DNA of 64,000 bases, from the NCBI GenBank assembly GCA_964057225.1, contig OZ059898.1, positions 3,410,001-3,474,000 on the forward strand, written 5' to 3'. Numbering within the stretch: the first letter of the stretch is position 1; every line of letters begins with the position of its first letter. Both the position numbers and the translations under genes were made by a program. Origin of the DNA: Auanema rhodensis (Eukaryota; Animalia; Nematoda). The notes beneath the pieces are model-generated. The model was not told where the DNA came from, did no database searches, and worked only from the letters and a program-made list of their open reading frames with translations. Positions 41,601 to 57,799 of this stretch are shown piece after piece.

Positions 41601-44600
41601 TGAGATATCAACTGATATAAATTCACACTTATATCCTCGATTTTCACCCTGAAGAAATAATTTTTTCGTTGAATAACATTGTCCATCGTCTTTGCCTTGA
41701 AAAAAGGAATCTAAAAACATCTACTTTTTGCTAAATTATTTTGAAATTTTTCGAAAAAATTTTTGTCAAAATTTTTTGGAAGCAATGTTGAGTGTACATG
41801 GAAACTCAACATACACTAATGCATCATTTTTCAAACGATCATAACTAATTTTTGTATTAAGCGTTTTTCAATGTAGTGTAGTGCATTCGATGCGGATTTT
41901 TAAGCTGCGTCGATCTGTGTTATCAGATTTGCTCTAGCTTAAAAATGCACCGAGATATCAACTGATATAAGTTCACACTTATATCCTCGATTTTCATCCT
42001 GAAGAATTAATTTTTTCGTTGAATAACATTGTCCATCGTCTTTGCCTTGAGAAATGGAATCTAAAAACATCTACTTTTTGCTAAATTATTTTGAAATTTT
42101 TCGAAAAAATTTTTGTCAAAATGTTTTTGGAAGCAATGTTGAGTGTACATGGAAACTCAACATACACTAATGCATCATTTTTCAAACGATCATAACTAAT
42201 TTTTGTATCAAGCGTTTTTCAATGTAGTATAGTGCATTCGATGCGGATTTTTAAGCTGCGTCGATCTGTGTTATCAGATTTGCGCTAGCTTAAAAATGCA
42301 CCGAGATATCAACTGATATAAGTTCACACTTATATCCTCGATTTTCACCCTGAAGAATTAATTTTCTCGTTGAATAACATTGTCCATCGTCTTTGCCTTG
42401 AAAAAAGGAATCTAAAAACATCTACTTTTTGCTAAATTATTTTGAAATTTTTCGAAAAAAGTTTTGTCAAAATGTTTTTGGAAGCAATGTTGAGTGTACA
42501 TGGAAACTCAACATACACTAATGCATCATTTTTCAAACGATCATAACTAATTTTTGTATTAAGCTTTTCTCAATGTAGTATAGTGCATTCGATGCGGATT
42601 TTTAAGCTGCGTCGATCTGTGTTATCAGATTTGCGCTAGCTTAAAAATGCACCGAGATATCAACTGATATAAGTTCACACTTATATCCTCGATTTTCACC
42701 CTGAAGAATTAATTTTTTCGTTGAATAACATTGTCTATCGTCTTTGCCTTGAGAAATGGAATCTAAAAACATCTACTTTTTGCTAAATTATTTTGAAATT
42801 TTTCGAAAAAATTTTTGTCAAAATGTTTTTGGAAGCAATGTTGAGTGTACATGGAAACTCAACATACACTAATGCATCATTTTTCAAACGATCATAACTA
42901 ATTTTTGTATCAAGCGTTTTTCAATGTAGTATAGTGCATTCGATGCGGATTTTTAAGCTGCGTCGATCTGTGTTATCAGATTTGTGCTAGCTTAAAAATG
43001 CACCGAGATATCAACTGATATAAGTTCACACTTATATCCTCGATTTTCACCCTGAAGAAATAATTTTTTCGTTGAATAACATTGTCCATCGTCTTTGCCT
43101 TGAAAAAAAGAATCTAAAAACATCTACTTTTTGCTAAATTATTTTGAAATTTTTCGAAAAAATTTTTGTCAAAATTTTTTGGAAGCAATGTTGAGTGTAC
43201 ATGGAAACTCAACATACACTAATGCATCATTTTTCAAACGATCATAACTAATTTTTGTATCAAGCGTTTTTCAATGTAGTATAGTGCATTCGATGCGGAT
43301 TTTTAAGCTGCGTCGATCTGTGTTATCAGATTTGTGCTAGCTTAAAAATGCACCGAGATATCAACTGATATAAGTTCACACTTATATCCTCGATTTTCAC
43401 CCTGAAGAAATAATTTTTTCGTTGAATAACATTGTCCATCGTCTTTGCCTTGAAAAAAGGAATCTAAAAACATCTACTTTTTGCTAAATTATTTTGAAAT
43501 TTTTCGAAAAAATTTTTGTCAAAATGTTTTTGGAAGCAATGTTGAGTGTACATGGAAACTCAACATACACTAATGCATCATTTTTCAAACGATCATAACT
43601 AATTTTTGTATCAAGCGTTTCTTAATGTAGTATAGTGCATTCGATCCGGATTTTTAAGCTGCGTCGATCTGTGTTATCAGATTTGCGCTAGCTTAAAAAT
43701 GCACCGAGATATCAACTGATATAAGTTCACACTTATATCCTCGATTTTCACCCTGAAGAATTAATTTTTTCGTTGAATAACATTGTCTATCGTCTTTGCC
43801 TTGAGAAATGGAATCTAAAAACATCTACTTTTTGCTAAATTATTTTGAAATTTTTCGAAAAAATTTTTGTCAAAATGTTTTTGGAAGCAATGTTGAGTGT
43901 ACATGGAAACTCAACATACACTAATGCATCATTTTTCAAACGATCATAACTAATTTTTGTATCAAGCGTTTCTCAATGTAATATAGTGCATTCGATGCGG
44001 ATTTTTAAGCTGCGTCGATCTGTGTTATCAGATTTGCGCTAGCTTAAAAATGCACCGAGATATCAACTGATATAAGTTCACACTTATATCCTCGATTTTC
44101 ACCCTGAAGAAATAATTTTTTCGTTGAATAACATTGTCCATCGTCTTTGCCTTGAAAAAAGGAATCTAAAAACATCTACTTTTTGCTAAATTATTTTGAA
44201 ATTTTTCGAAAAAATTTTTGTCAAAATTTTTTGGAAGCAATGTTGAGTGTACATGGAAACTCAACATACACTAATGCATCATTTTTCAAACGATCATAAC
44301 TAATTTTTGTATCAAGCGTTTTTCAATGTAGTATAGTGCATTCGATGCGGATTTTTAAGCTGCGTCGATCTGTGTTATCAGATTTGTGCTAGCTTAAAAA
44401 TGCACCGAGATATCAACTGATATAAGTTCACACTTATATCCTCGATTTTCACCCTGAAGAAATAATTTTTTCGTTGAATAACATTGTCCATCGTCTTTGC
44501 CTTGAAAAAAGGAATCTAAAAACATCTACTTTTTGCTAAATTATTTTGAAATTTTTCGAAAAAAGTTTTGTCAAAATGTTTTTGGAAGCAATGTTGAGTG

Positions 44601-47600
44601 TACATGGAAACTCAACATACACTAATGCATCATTTTTCAAACGATCATAACTAATTTTTGTATCAAGCGTTTCTCAATGTAGTATAGTGCATTCGATGCG
44701 GATTTTTAAGCTGCGTCGATCTGTGTTATCAGATTTGCGCTAGCTTAAAAATGCACCGAGATATCAACTGATATAAGTTCACACTTATATCCTCGATTTT
44801 CATCCTGAAGAATTAATTTTCTCGTTGAATAACATTGTCCATCGTCTTTGCCTTGAAAAAAGGAATCTAAAAACATCTACTTTTTGCTAAATTATTTTGA
44901 AATTTTCCGAAAAAATTTTTGTCAAAATGTTTTTGGAAGCAATGTTGAGTGTACATGGAAACTCAACATACACTAATGCATCATTTTTCAAACGATCATA
45001 ACTAATTTTTGTATTAAGCGTTTTTCAATGTAGTGTAGTGCATTCGATGCGGATTTTTAAGCTGCGTCGATCTGTGTTATCAGATTTGCTCTAGCTTAAA
45101 AATGCACCGAGATATCAACTGATATAAGTTCACACTTATATCCTCGATTTTCATCCTGAAGAATTAATTTTTTCGTTGAATAACATTGTCCATCGTCTTT
45201 GCCTTGAAAAATCGAATCTAAAAACATCTACTTTTCGCTAAATTATTTTGAAATTTTTCGAAAAAATTTTTGTCAAAATGTTTTTGGAAGCAATGTTGAG
45301 TGTACATGGAAACTCAACATACACTAATGCATCATTTTTCAAACGATCATAACTAATTTTTGTATCAAGCGTTTTTCAATGTAGTATAGTGCATTCGATG
45401 CGGATTTTTAAGCTGCGTCGATCTGTGTTATCAGATTTGCGCTAGCTTAAAAATGCACCGAGATATCAACTGATATAAGTTCACACTTATATCCTCGATT
45501 TTCACCCTGAAGAATTAATTTTCTCGTTGAATAACATTGTCCATCGTCTTTGCCTTGAAAAAAGGAATCTAAAAACATCTACTTTTTGCTAAATTATTTT
45601 GAAATTTTTCGAAAAAAGTTTTGTCAAAATGTTTTTGGAAGCAATGTTGAGTGTACATGGAAACTCAACATACACTAATGCATCATTTTTCAAACGATCA
45701 TAACTAATTTTTGTATTAAGCTTTTCTCAATGTAGTATAGTGCATTCGATGCGGATTTTTAAGCTGCGTCGATCTGTGTTATCAGATTTGCGCTAGCTTA
45801 AAAATGCACCGAGATATCAACTGATATAAGTTCACACTTATATCCTCGATTTTCATCCTGAAGAATTAATTTTCTCGTTGAATAACATTGTCCATCGTCT
45901 TTGCCTTGAAAAAAGGAATCTAAAAACATCTACTTTTTGCTAAATTATTTTGAAATTTTCCGAAAAAATTTTTGTCAAAATGTTTTTGGAAGCAATGTTG
46001 AGTGTACATGGAAACTCAACATACACTAATGCATCATTTTTCAAACGATCATAACTAATTTTTGTATCAAGCGTTTTTCAATGTAGTATAGTGCATTCGA
46101 TGCGGATTTTTAAGCTGCGTCGATCTGTGTTATCAGATTTGCGCTAGCTTAAAAATGCACCGAGATATCAACTGATATAAGTTCACACTTATATCCTCGA
46201 TTTTCACCCTGAAGAATTAATTTTTTCGTTGAATAACATTGTCCATCGTCTTTGCCTTGAAAAAAGGAATCTAAAAACATCTACTTTTTGCTAAATTATT
46301 TTGAAATTTTTCGAAAAAATTTTTGTCAAAATGTTTTTGGAAGCAATGTTGAGTGTACATGGAAACTCAACATACACTAATGCATCATTTCTCAAACGAT
46401 CATAACTAATTTTTGTATCAAGCGTTTTTCAATGTAGTATAGTGCATTCGATGCGGATTTTTAAGCTGCGTCGATCTGTGTTATCAGATTTGCGCTAGCT
46501 TAAAAATGCACCGAGATATCAACTGATATAAGTTCACACTTATATCCTCGATTTTCACCCTGAAGAATTAATTTTCTCGTTGAATAACATTGTCCATCGT
46601 CTTTGCCTTGAAAAAAGGAATCTAAAAACATCTACTTTTTGCTAAATTATTTTGAAATTTTTCGAAAAAAGTTTTGTCAAAATGTTTTTGGAAGCAATGT
46701 TGAGTGTACATGGAAACTCAACATACACTAATGCATCATTTTTCAAACGATCATAACTAATTTTTGTATCAAGCGTTTTTCAATGTAGTATAGTGCATTC
46801 GATGCGGATTTTTAAGCTGCGTCGATCTGTGTTATCAGATTTGCGCTAGCTTAAAAATGCACCGAGATATCAACTGATATAAGTTCACACTTATATCCTC
46901 GATTTTCATCCTGAAGAATTAATTTTTTCGTTGAATAACATTGTCCATCGTCTTTGCCTTGAAAAATCGAATCTAAAAACATCTACTTTTTGCTAAATTA
47001 TTTTGAAATTTTCCGAAAAAATTTTTGTCAAAATGTTTTTGGAAGCAATGTTGAGTGTACATGGAAACTCAACATACACTATTGCATCATTTTTCTAACG
47101 ATCATAACTAATTTTTGTATTAAGCTTTTCTCAATGTAGTATAGTGCATTCGATGCGGATTTTTAAGCTGCGTCGATCTGTGTTATCAGATTTGCGCTAG
47201 CTTAAAAATGCACTGAGATATCAACTGATATAAATTCACACTTATATCCTCGATTTTCACCCTGAAGAAATAATTTTTTCGTTGAATAACATTGTCCATC
47301 GTCTTTGCCTTGAAAAAAGGAATCTAAAAACATCTACTTTTTGCTAAATTATTTTGAAATTTTTCGAAAAAATTTTTGTCAAAATTTTTTGGAAGCAATG
47401 TTGAGTGTACATGGAAACTCAACATACACTAATGCATCATTTTTCAAACGATCATAACTAATTTTTGTATTAAGCGTTTTTCAATGTAGTGTAGTGCATT
47501 CGATGCGGATTTTTAAGCTGCGTCGATCTGTGTTATCAGATTTGCTCTAGCTTAAAAATGCACCGAGATATCAACTGATATAAGTTCACACTTATATCCT

Positions 47601-50600
47601 CGATTTTCATCCTGAAGAATTAATTTTTTCGTTGAATAACATTGTCCATCGTCTTTGCCTTGAAAAATCGAATCTAAAAACATCTACTTTTCGCTAAATT
47701 ATTTTGAAATTTTTCGAAAAAATTTTTGTCAAAATGTTTTTGGAAGCAATGTTGAGTGTACATGGAAACTCAACATACACTAATGCATCATTTTTCAAAC
47801 GATCATAACTAATTTTTGTATCAAGCGTTTTTCAATGTAGTATAGTGCATTCGATGCGGATTTTTAAGCTGCGTCGATCTGTGTTATCAGATTTGCGCTA
47901 GCTTAAAAATGCACCGAGATATCAACTGATATAAGTTCACACTTATATCCTCGATTTTCACCCTGAAGAATTAATTTTCTCGTTGAATAACATTGTCCAT
48001 CGTCTTTGCCTTGAAAAAAGGAATCTAAAAACATCTACTTTTTGCTAAATTATTTTGAAATTTTTCGAAAAAAGTTTTGTCAAAATGTTTTTGGAAGCAA
48101 TGTTGAGTGTACATGGAAACTCAACATACACTAATGCATCATTTTTCAAACGATCATAACTAATTTTTGTATTAAGCTTTTCTCAATGTAGTATAGTGCA
48201 TTCGATGCGGATTTTTAAGCTGCGTCGATCTGTGTTATCAGATTTGCGCTAGCTTAAAAATGCACCGAGATATCAACTGATATAAGTTCACACTTATATC
48301 CTCGATTTTCACCCTGAAGAATTAATTTTTTCGTTGAATAACATTGTCTATCGTCTTTGCCTTGAGAAATGGAATCTAAAAACATCTACTTTTTGCTAAA
48401 TTATTTTGAAATTTTTCGAAAAAATTTTTGTCAAAATGTTTTTGGAAGCAATGTTGAGTGTACATGGAAACTCAACATACACTAATGCATCATTTTTCAA
48501 ACGATCATAACTAATTTTTGTATCAAGCGTTTTTCAATGTAGTATAGTGCATTCGATGCGGATTTTTAAGCTGCGTCGATCTGTGTTATCAGATTTGTGC
48601 TAGCTTAAAAATGCACCGAGATATCAACTGATATAAGTTCACACTTATATCCTCGATTTTCACCCTGAAGAAATAATTTTTTCGTTGAATAACATTGTCC
48701 ATCGTCTTTGCCTTGAAAAAAAGAATCTAAAAACATCTACTTTTTGCTAAATTATTTTGAAATTTTTCGAAAAAATTTTTGTCAAAATTTTTTGGAAGCA
48801 ATGTTGAGTGTACATGGAAACTCAACATACACTAATGCATCATTTTTCAAACGATCATAACTAATTTTTGTATCAAGCGTTTTTCAATGTAGTATAGTGC
48901 ATTCGATGCGGATTTTTAAGCTGCGTCGATCTGTGTTATCAGATTTGTGCTAGCTTAAAAATGCACCGAGATATCAACTGATATAAGTTCACACTTATAT
49001 CCTCGATTTTCACCCTGAAGAAATAATTTTTTCGTTGAATAACATTGTCCATCGTCTTTGCCTTGAAAAATCGAATCTAAAAACATCTACTTTTTGCTAA
49101 ATTATTTTGAAATTTTCCGAAAAAATTTTTGTCAAAATGTTTTTGGAAGCAATGTTGAGTGTACATGGAAACTCAACATACACTATTGCATCATTTTTCT
49201 AACGATCATAACTAATTTTTGTATTAAGCTTTTCTCAATGTAGTATAGTGCATTCGATGCGGATTTTTAAGCTGCGTCGATCTGTGTTATCAGATTTGCG
49301 CTAGCTTAAAAATGCACCGAGATATCAACTGATATAAGTTCACACTTATATCCTCGATTTTCACCCTGAAGAATTAATTTTCTCGTTGAATAACATTGTC
49401 CATCGTCTTTGCCTTGAAAAAAGGAATCTAAAAACATCTACTTTTTGCTAAATTATTTTGAAATTTTCCGAAAAAATTTTTGTCAAAATGTTTTTGGAAG
49501 CAATGTTGAGTGTACATGGAAACTCAACATACACTAATGCATCATTTTTCAAACGATCATAACTAATTTTTGTATCAAGCGTTTTTCAATGTAGTATAGT
49601 GCATTCGATGCGGATTTTTAAGCTGCGTCGATCTGTGTTATCAGATTTGCGCTAGCTTAAAAATGCACCGAGATATCAACTGATATAAGTTCACACTTAT
49701 ATCCTCGATTTTCACCCTGAAGAATTAATTTTCTCGTTGAATAACATTGTCCATCGTCTTTGCCTTGAAAAAAGGAATCTAAAAACATCTACTTTTTGCT
49801 AAATTATTTTGAAATTTTCCGAAAAAATTTTTGTCAAAATGTTTTTGGAAGCAATGTTGAGTGTACATGGAAACTCAACATACACTAATGCATCATTTTT
49901 CAAACGATCATAACTAATTTTTGTATTAAGCGTTTTTCAATGTAGTATAGTGCATTCGATGCGGATTTTTAAGCTGCGTCGATCTGTGTTATCAGATTTG
50001 CGCTAGCTTAAAAATGCACTGAGATATCAACTGATATAAATTCACACTTATATCCTCGATTTTCACCCTGAAGAAATAATTTTTTCGTTGAATAACATTG
50101 TCCATCGTCTTTGCCTTGAAAAAAGGAATCTAAAAACATCTACTTTTTGCTAAATTATTTTGAAATTTTTCGAAAAAATTTTTGTCAAAATTTTTTGGAA
50201 GCAATGTTGAGTGTACATGGAAACTCAACATACACTAATGCATCATTTTTCAAACGATCATAACTAATTTTTGTATTAAGCGTTTTTCAATGTAGTGTAG
50301 TGCATTCGATGCGGATTTTTAAGCTGCGTCGATCTGTGTTATCAGATTTGCTCTAGCTTAAAAATGCACCGAGATATCAACTGATATAAGTTCACACTTA
50401 TATCCTCGATTTTCATCCTGAAGAATTAATTTTTTCGTTGAATAACATTGTCCATCGTCTTTGCCTTGAAAAATCGAATCTAAAAACATCTACTTTTCGC
50501 TAAATTATTTTGAAATTTTTCGAAAAAATTTTTGTCAAAATGTTTTTGGAAGCAATGTTGAGTGTACATGGAAACTCAACATACACTAATGCATCATTTT

Positions 50601-51921
50601 TCAAACGATCATAACTAATTTTTGTATCAAGCGTTTTTCAATGTAGTATAGTGCATTCGATGCGGATTTTTAAGCTGCGTCGATCTGTGTTATCAGATTT
50701 GCGCTAGCTTAAAAATGCACCGAGATATCAACTGATATAAGTTCACACTTATATCCTCGATTTTCACCCTGAAGAATTAATTTTCTCGTTGAATAACATT
50801 GTCCATCGTCTTTGCCTTGAAAAAAGGAATCTAAAAACATCTACTTTTTGCTAAATTATTTTGAAATTTTTCGAAAAAAGTTTTGTCAAAATGTTTTTGG
50901 AAGCAATGTTGAGTGTACATGGAAACTCAACATACACTAATGCATCATTTTTCAAACGATCATAACTAATTTTTGTATCAAGCGTTTCTTAATGTAGTAT
51001 AGTGCATTCGATCCGGATTTTTAAGCTGCGTCGATCTGTGTTATCAGATTTGCGCTAGCTTAAAAATGCACCGAGATATCAACTGATATAAGTTCACACT
51101 TATATCCTCGATTTTCACCCTGAAGAATTAATTTTTTCGTTGAATAACATTGTCTATCGTCTTTGCCTTGAGAAATGGAATCTAAAAACATCTACTTTTT
51201 GCTAAATTATTTTGAAATTTTTCGAAAAAATTTTTGTCAAAATGTTTTTGGAAGCAATGTTGAGTGTACATGGAAACTCAACATACACTAATGCATCATT
51301 TTTCAAACGATCATAACTAATTTTTGTATCAAGCGTTTCTCAATGTAATATAGTGCATTCGATGCGGATTTTTAAGCTGCGTCGATCTGTGTTATCAGAT
51401 TTGCGCTAGCTTAAAAATGCACCGAGATATCAACTGATATAAGTTCACACTTATATCCTCGATTTTCACCCTGAAGAAATAATTTTTTCGTTGAATAACA
51501 TTGTCCATCGTCTTTGCCTTGAAAAAAGGAATCTAAAAACATCTACTTTTTGCTAAATTATTTTGAAATTTTTCGAAAAAATTTTTGTCAAAATTTTTTG
51601 GAAGCAATGTTGAGTGTACATGGAAACTCAACATACACTAATGCATCATTTTTCAAACGATCATAACTAATTTTTGTATCAAGCGTTTTTCAATGTAGTA
51701 TAGTGCATTCGATGCGGATTTTTAAGCTGCGTCGATCTGTGTTATCAGATTTGTGCTAGCTTAAAAATGCACCGAGATATCAACTGATATAAGTTCACAC
51801 TTATATCCTCGATTTTCACCCTGAAGAAATAATTTTTTCGTTGAATAACATTGTCCATCGTCTTTGCCTTGAAAAAAGGAATCTAAAAACATCTACTTTT
51901 TGCTAAATTATTTTGAAATTT

Positions 51922-54900
51922 TTCGAAAAAAGTTTTGTCAAAATGTTTTTGGAAGCAATGTTGAGTGTACATGGAAACTCAACATACACTAATGCATCAT
52001 TTTTCAAACGATCATAACTAATTTTTGTATCAAGCGTTTCTCAATGTAGTATAGTGCATTCGATGCGGATTTTTAAGCTGCGTCGATCTGTGTTATCAGA
52101 TTTGCGCTAGCTTAAAAATGCACCGAGATATCAACTGATATAAGTTCACACTTATATCCTCGATTTTCATCCTGAAGAATTAATTTTCTCGTTGAATAAC
52201 ATTGTCCATCGTCTTTGCCTTGAAAAAAGGAATCTAAAAACATCTACTTTTTGCTAAATTATTTTGAAATTTTCCGAAAAAATTTTTGTCAAAATGTTTT
52301 TGGAAGCAATGTTGAGTGTACATGGAAACTCAACATACACTAATGCATCATTTTTCAAACGATCATAACTAATTTTTGTATTAAGCGTTTTTCAATGTAG
52401 TGTAGTGCATTCGATGCGGATTTTTAAGCTGCGTCGATCTGTGTTATCAGATTTGCTCTAGCTTAAAAATGCACCGAGATATCAACTGATATAAGTTCAC
52501 ACTTATATCCTCGATTTTCATCCTGAAGAATTAATTTTTTCGTTGAATAACATTGTCCATCGTCTTTGCCTTGAAAAATCGAATCTAAAAACATCTACTT
52601 TTCGCTAAATTATTTTGAAATTTTTCGAAAAAATTTTTGTCAAAATGTTTTTGGAAGCAATGTTGAGTGTACATGGAAACTCAACATACACTAATGCATC
52701 ATTTTTCAAACGATCATAACTAATTTTTGTATCAAGCGTTTTTCAATGTAGTATAGTGCATTCGATGCGGATTTTTAAGCTGCGTCGATCTGTGTTATCA
52801 GATTTGCGCTAGCTTAAAAATGCACTGAGATATCAACTGATATAAATTCACACTTATATCCTCGATTTTCACCCTGAAGAAATAATTTTTTCGTTGAATA
52901 ACATTGTCCATCGTCTTTGCCTTGAAAAAAGGAATCTAAAAACATCTACTTTTTGCTAAATTATTTTGAAATTTTTCGAAAAAAGTTTTGTCAAAATGTT
53001 TTTGGAAGCAATGTTGAGTGTACATGGAAACTCAACATACACTAATGCATCATTTTTCAAACGATCATAACTAATTTTTGTATCAAGCGTTTCTCAATGT
53101 AGTATAGTGCATTCGATGCGGATTTTTAAGCTGCGTCGATCTGTGTTATCAGATTTGCGCTAGCTTAAAAATGCACCGAGATATCAACTGATATAAGTTC
53201 ACACTTATATCCTCGATTTTCATCCTGAAGAATTAATTTTCTCGTTGAATAACATTGTCCATCGTCTTTGCCTTGAAAAAAGGAATCTAAAAACATCTAC
53301 TTTTTGCTAAATTATTTTGAAATTTTCCGAAAAAATTTTTGTCAAAATGTTTTTGGAAGCAATGTTGAGTGTACATGGAAACTCAACATACACTAATGCA
53401 TCATTTTTCAAACGATCATAACTAATTTTTGTATTAAGCGTTTTTCAATGTAGTGTAGTGCATTCGATGCGGATTTTTAAGCTGCGTCGATCTGTGTTAT
53501 CAGATTTGCTCTAGCTTAAAAATGCACCGAGATATCAACTGATATAAGTTCACACTTATATCCTCGATTTTCATCCTGAAGAATTAATTTTTTCGTTGAA
53601 TAACATTGTCCATCGTCTTTGCCTTGAAAAATCGAATCTAAAAACATCTACTTTTCGCTAAATTATTTTGAAATTTTTCGAAAAAATTTTTGTCAAAATG
53701 TTTTTGGAAGCAATGTTGAGTGTACATGGAAACTCAACATACACTAATGCATCATTTTTCAAACGATCATAACTAATTTTTGTATCAAGCGTTTTTCAAT
53801 GTAGTATAGTGCATTCGATGCGGATTTTTAAGCTGCGTCGATCTGTGTTATCAGATTTGCGCTAGCTTAAAAATGCACTGAGATATCAACTGATATAAAT
53901 TCACACTTATATCCTCGATTTTCACCCTGAAGAAATAATTTTTTCGTTGAATAACATTGTCCATCGTCTTTGCCTTGAAAAAAGGAATCTAAAAACATCT
54001 ACTTTTTGCTAAATTATTTTGAAATTTTTCGAAAAAAGTTTTGTCAAAATGTTTTTGGAAGCAATGTTGAGTGTACATGGAAACTCAACATACACTAATG
54101 CATCATTTTTCAAACGATCATAACTAATTTTTGTATCAAGCGTTTCTCAATGTAGTATAGTGCATTCGATGCGGATTTTTAAGCTGCGTCGATCTGTGTT
54201 ATCAGATTTGCGCTAGCTTAAAAATGCACCGAGATATCAACTGATATAAGTTCACACTTATATCCTCGATTTTCATCCTGAAGAATTAATTTTCTCGTTG
54301 AATAACATTGTCCATCGTCTTTGCCTTGAAAAAAGGAATCTAAAAACATCTACTTTTTGCTAAATTATTTTGAAATTTTCCGAAAAAATTTTTGTCAAAA
54401 TGTTTTTGGAAGCAATGTTGAGTGTACATGGAAACTCAACATACACTAATGCATCATTTTTCAAACGATCATAACTAATTTTTGTATTAAGCGTTTTTCA
54501 ATGTAGTGTAGTGCATTCGATGCGGATTTTTAAGCTGCGTCGATCTGTGTTATCAGATTTGCTCTAGCTTAAAAATGCACCGAGATATCAACTGATATAA
54601 GTTCACACTTATATCCTCGATTTTCATCCTGAAGAATTAATTTTTTCGTTGAATAACATTGTCCATCGTCTTTGCCTTGAAAAATCGAATCTAAAAACAT
54701 CTACTTTTCGCTAAATTATTTTGAAATTTTTCGAAAAAATTTTTGTCAAAATGTTTTTGGAAGCAATGTTGAGTGTACATGGAAACTCAACATACACTAA
54801 TGCATCATTTTTCAAACGATCATAACTAATTTTTGTATCAAGCGTTTTTCAATGTAGTATAGTGCATTCGATGCGGATTTTTAAGCTGCGTCGATCTGTG

Positions 54901-55080
54901 TTATCAGATTTGCGCTAGCTTAAAAATGCACTGAGATATCAACTGATATAAATTCACACTTATATCCTCGATTTTCACCCTGAAGAAATAATTTTTTCGT
55001 TGAATAACATTGTCCATCGTCTTTGCCTTGAAAAAAGGAATCTAAAAACATCTACTTTTTGCTAAATTATTTTGAAATTT
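51922..55080. repeat. 3-monomer higher-order repeat (1053 bp) in three tandem copies
   Basis: AAGTTTTG at 51932/52985/54038 and CACTG at 52826/53879/54932 recur with period 1053, as do the GTGTAG and GCTCT variants. Confidence 0.9.
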
Positions 55081-57799
55081 TTCGAAAAAATTTTTGTCAA
55101 AATTTTTTGGAAGCAATGTTGAGTGTACATGGAAACTCAACATACACTAATGCATCATTTTTCAAACGATCATAACTAATTTTTGTATCAAGCGTTTTTC
55201 AATGTAGTATAGTGCATTCGATGCGGATTTTTAAGCTGCGTCGATCTGTGTTATCAGATTTGCGCTAGCTTAAAAATGCACCGAGATATCAACTGATATA
55301 AGTTCACACTTATATCCTCGATTTTCACCCTGAAGAATTAATTTTCTCGTTGAATAACATTGTCCATCGTCTTTGCCTTGAAAAAAGGAATCTAAAAACA
55401 TCTACTTTTTGCTAAATTATTTTGAAATTTTTCGAAAAAAGTTTTGTCAAAATGTTTTTGGAAGCAATGTTGAGTGTACATGGAAACTCAACATACACTA
55501 ATGCATCATTTTTCAAACGATCATAACTAATTTTTGTATTAAGCTTTTCTCAATGTAGTATAGTGCATTCGATGCGGATTTTTAAGCTGCGTCGATCTGT
55601 GTTATCAGATTTGCGCTAGCTTAAAAATGCACCGAGATATCAACTGATATAAGTTCACACTTATATCCTCGATTTTCACCCTGAAGAATTAATTTTTTCG
55701 TTGAATAACATTGTCTATCGTCTTTGCCTTGAGAAATGGAATCTAAAAACATCTACTTTTTGCTAAATTATTTTGAAATTTTTCGAAAAAATTTTTGTCA
55801 AAATGTTTTTGGAAGCAATGTTGAGTGTACATGGAAACTCAACATACACTAATGCATCATTTTTCAAACGATCATAACTAATTTTTGTATCAAGCGTTTT
55901 TCAATGTAGTATAGTGCATTCGATGCGGATTTTTAAGCTGCGTCGATCTGTGTTATCAGATTTGTGCTAGCTTAAAAATGCACCGAGATATCAACTGATA
56001 TATGTTCACACTTATATCCTCGATTTTCACCCTGAAGAAATAATTTTTTCGTTGAATAACATTGTCCATCGTCTTTGCCTTGAAAAAAGGAATCTAAAAA
56101 CATCTACTTTTTGCTAAATTATTTTGAAATTTTTCGAAAAAATTTTTGTCAAAATGTTTTTGGAAGCAATGTTGAGTGTACATGGAAACTCAACATACAC
56201 TAATGCATCATTTTTCAAACGATCATAACTAATTTTTGTATCAAGCGTTTCTTAATGTAGTATAGTGCATTCGATCCGGATTTTTAAGCTGCGTCGATCT
56301 GTGTTATCAGATTTGCGCTAGCTTAAAAATGCACCGAGATATCAACTGATATAAGTTCACACTTATATCCTCGATTTTCACCCTGAAGAATTAATTTTTT
56401 CGTTGAATAACATTGTCTATCGTCTTTGCCTTGAGAAATGGAATCTAAAAACATCTACTTTTTGCTAAATTATTTTGAAATTTTTCGAAAAAATTTTTGT
56501 CAAAATGTTTTTGGAAGCAATGTTGAGTGTACATGGAAACTCAACATACACTAATGCATCATTTTTCAAACGATCATAACTAATTTTTGTATCAAGCGTT
56601 TCTCAATGTAATATAGTGCATTCGATGCGGATTTTTAAGCTGCGTCGATCTGTGTTATCAGATTTGCGCTAGCTTAAAAATGCACCGAGATATCAACTGA
56701 TATAAGTTCACACTTATATCCTCGATTTTCACCCTGAAGAAATAATTTTTTCGTTGAATAACATTGTCCATCGTCTTTGCCTTGAAAAAAGGAATCTAAA
56801 AACATCTACTTTTTGCTAAATTATTTTGAAATTTTTCGAAAAAATTTTTGTCAAAATTTTTTGGAAGCAATGTTGAGTGTACATGGAAACTCAACATACA
56901 CTAATGCATCATTTTTCAAACGATCATAACTAATTTTTGTATCAAGCGTTTTTCAATGTAGTATAGTGCATTCGATGCGGATTTTTAAGCTGCGTCGATC
57001 TGTGTTATCAGATTTGTGCTAGCTTAAAAATGCAATGAGATATCAACTGATATAAGTTCACACTTATATCCTCGATTTTCACCCTGAAGAAATAATTTTT
57101 TCGTTGAATAACATTGTCCATCGTCTTTGCCTTGAAAAAAGGAATCTAAAAACATCTACTTTTTGCTAAATTATTTTGAAATTTTTCGAAAAAAGTTTTG
57201 TCAAAATGTTTTTGGAAGCAATGTTGAGTGTACATGGAAACTCAACATACACTAATGCATCATTTTTCAAACGATCATAACTAATTTTTGTATCAAGCGT
57301 TTCTCAATGTAGTATAGTGCATTCGATGCGGATTTTTAAGCTGCGTCGATCTGTGTTATCAGATTTGCGCTAGCTTAAAAATGCACCGAGATATCAACTG
57401 ATATAAGTTCACACTTATATCCTCGATTTTCATCCTGAAGAATTAATTTTCTCGTTGAATAACATTGTCCATCGTCTTTGCCTTGAAAAAAGGAATCTAA
57501 AAACATCTACTTTTTGCTAAATTATTTTGAAATTTTCCGAAAAAATTTTTGTCAAAATGTTTTTGGAAGCAATGTTGAGTGTACATGGAAACTCAACATA
57601 CACTAATGCATCATTTTTCAAACGATCATAACTAATTTTTGTATTAAGCTTTTCTCAATGTAGTATAGTGCATTCGATGCGGATTTTTAAGCTGCGTCGA
57701 TCTGTGTTATCAGATTTGCGCTAGCTTAAAAATGCACTGAGATATCAACTGATATAAGTTCACACTTATATCCTCGATTTTCACCCTGAAGAATTAATT

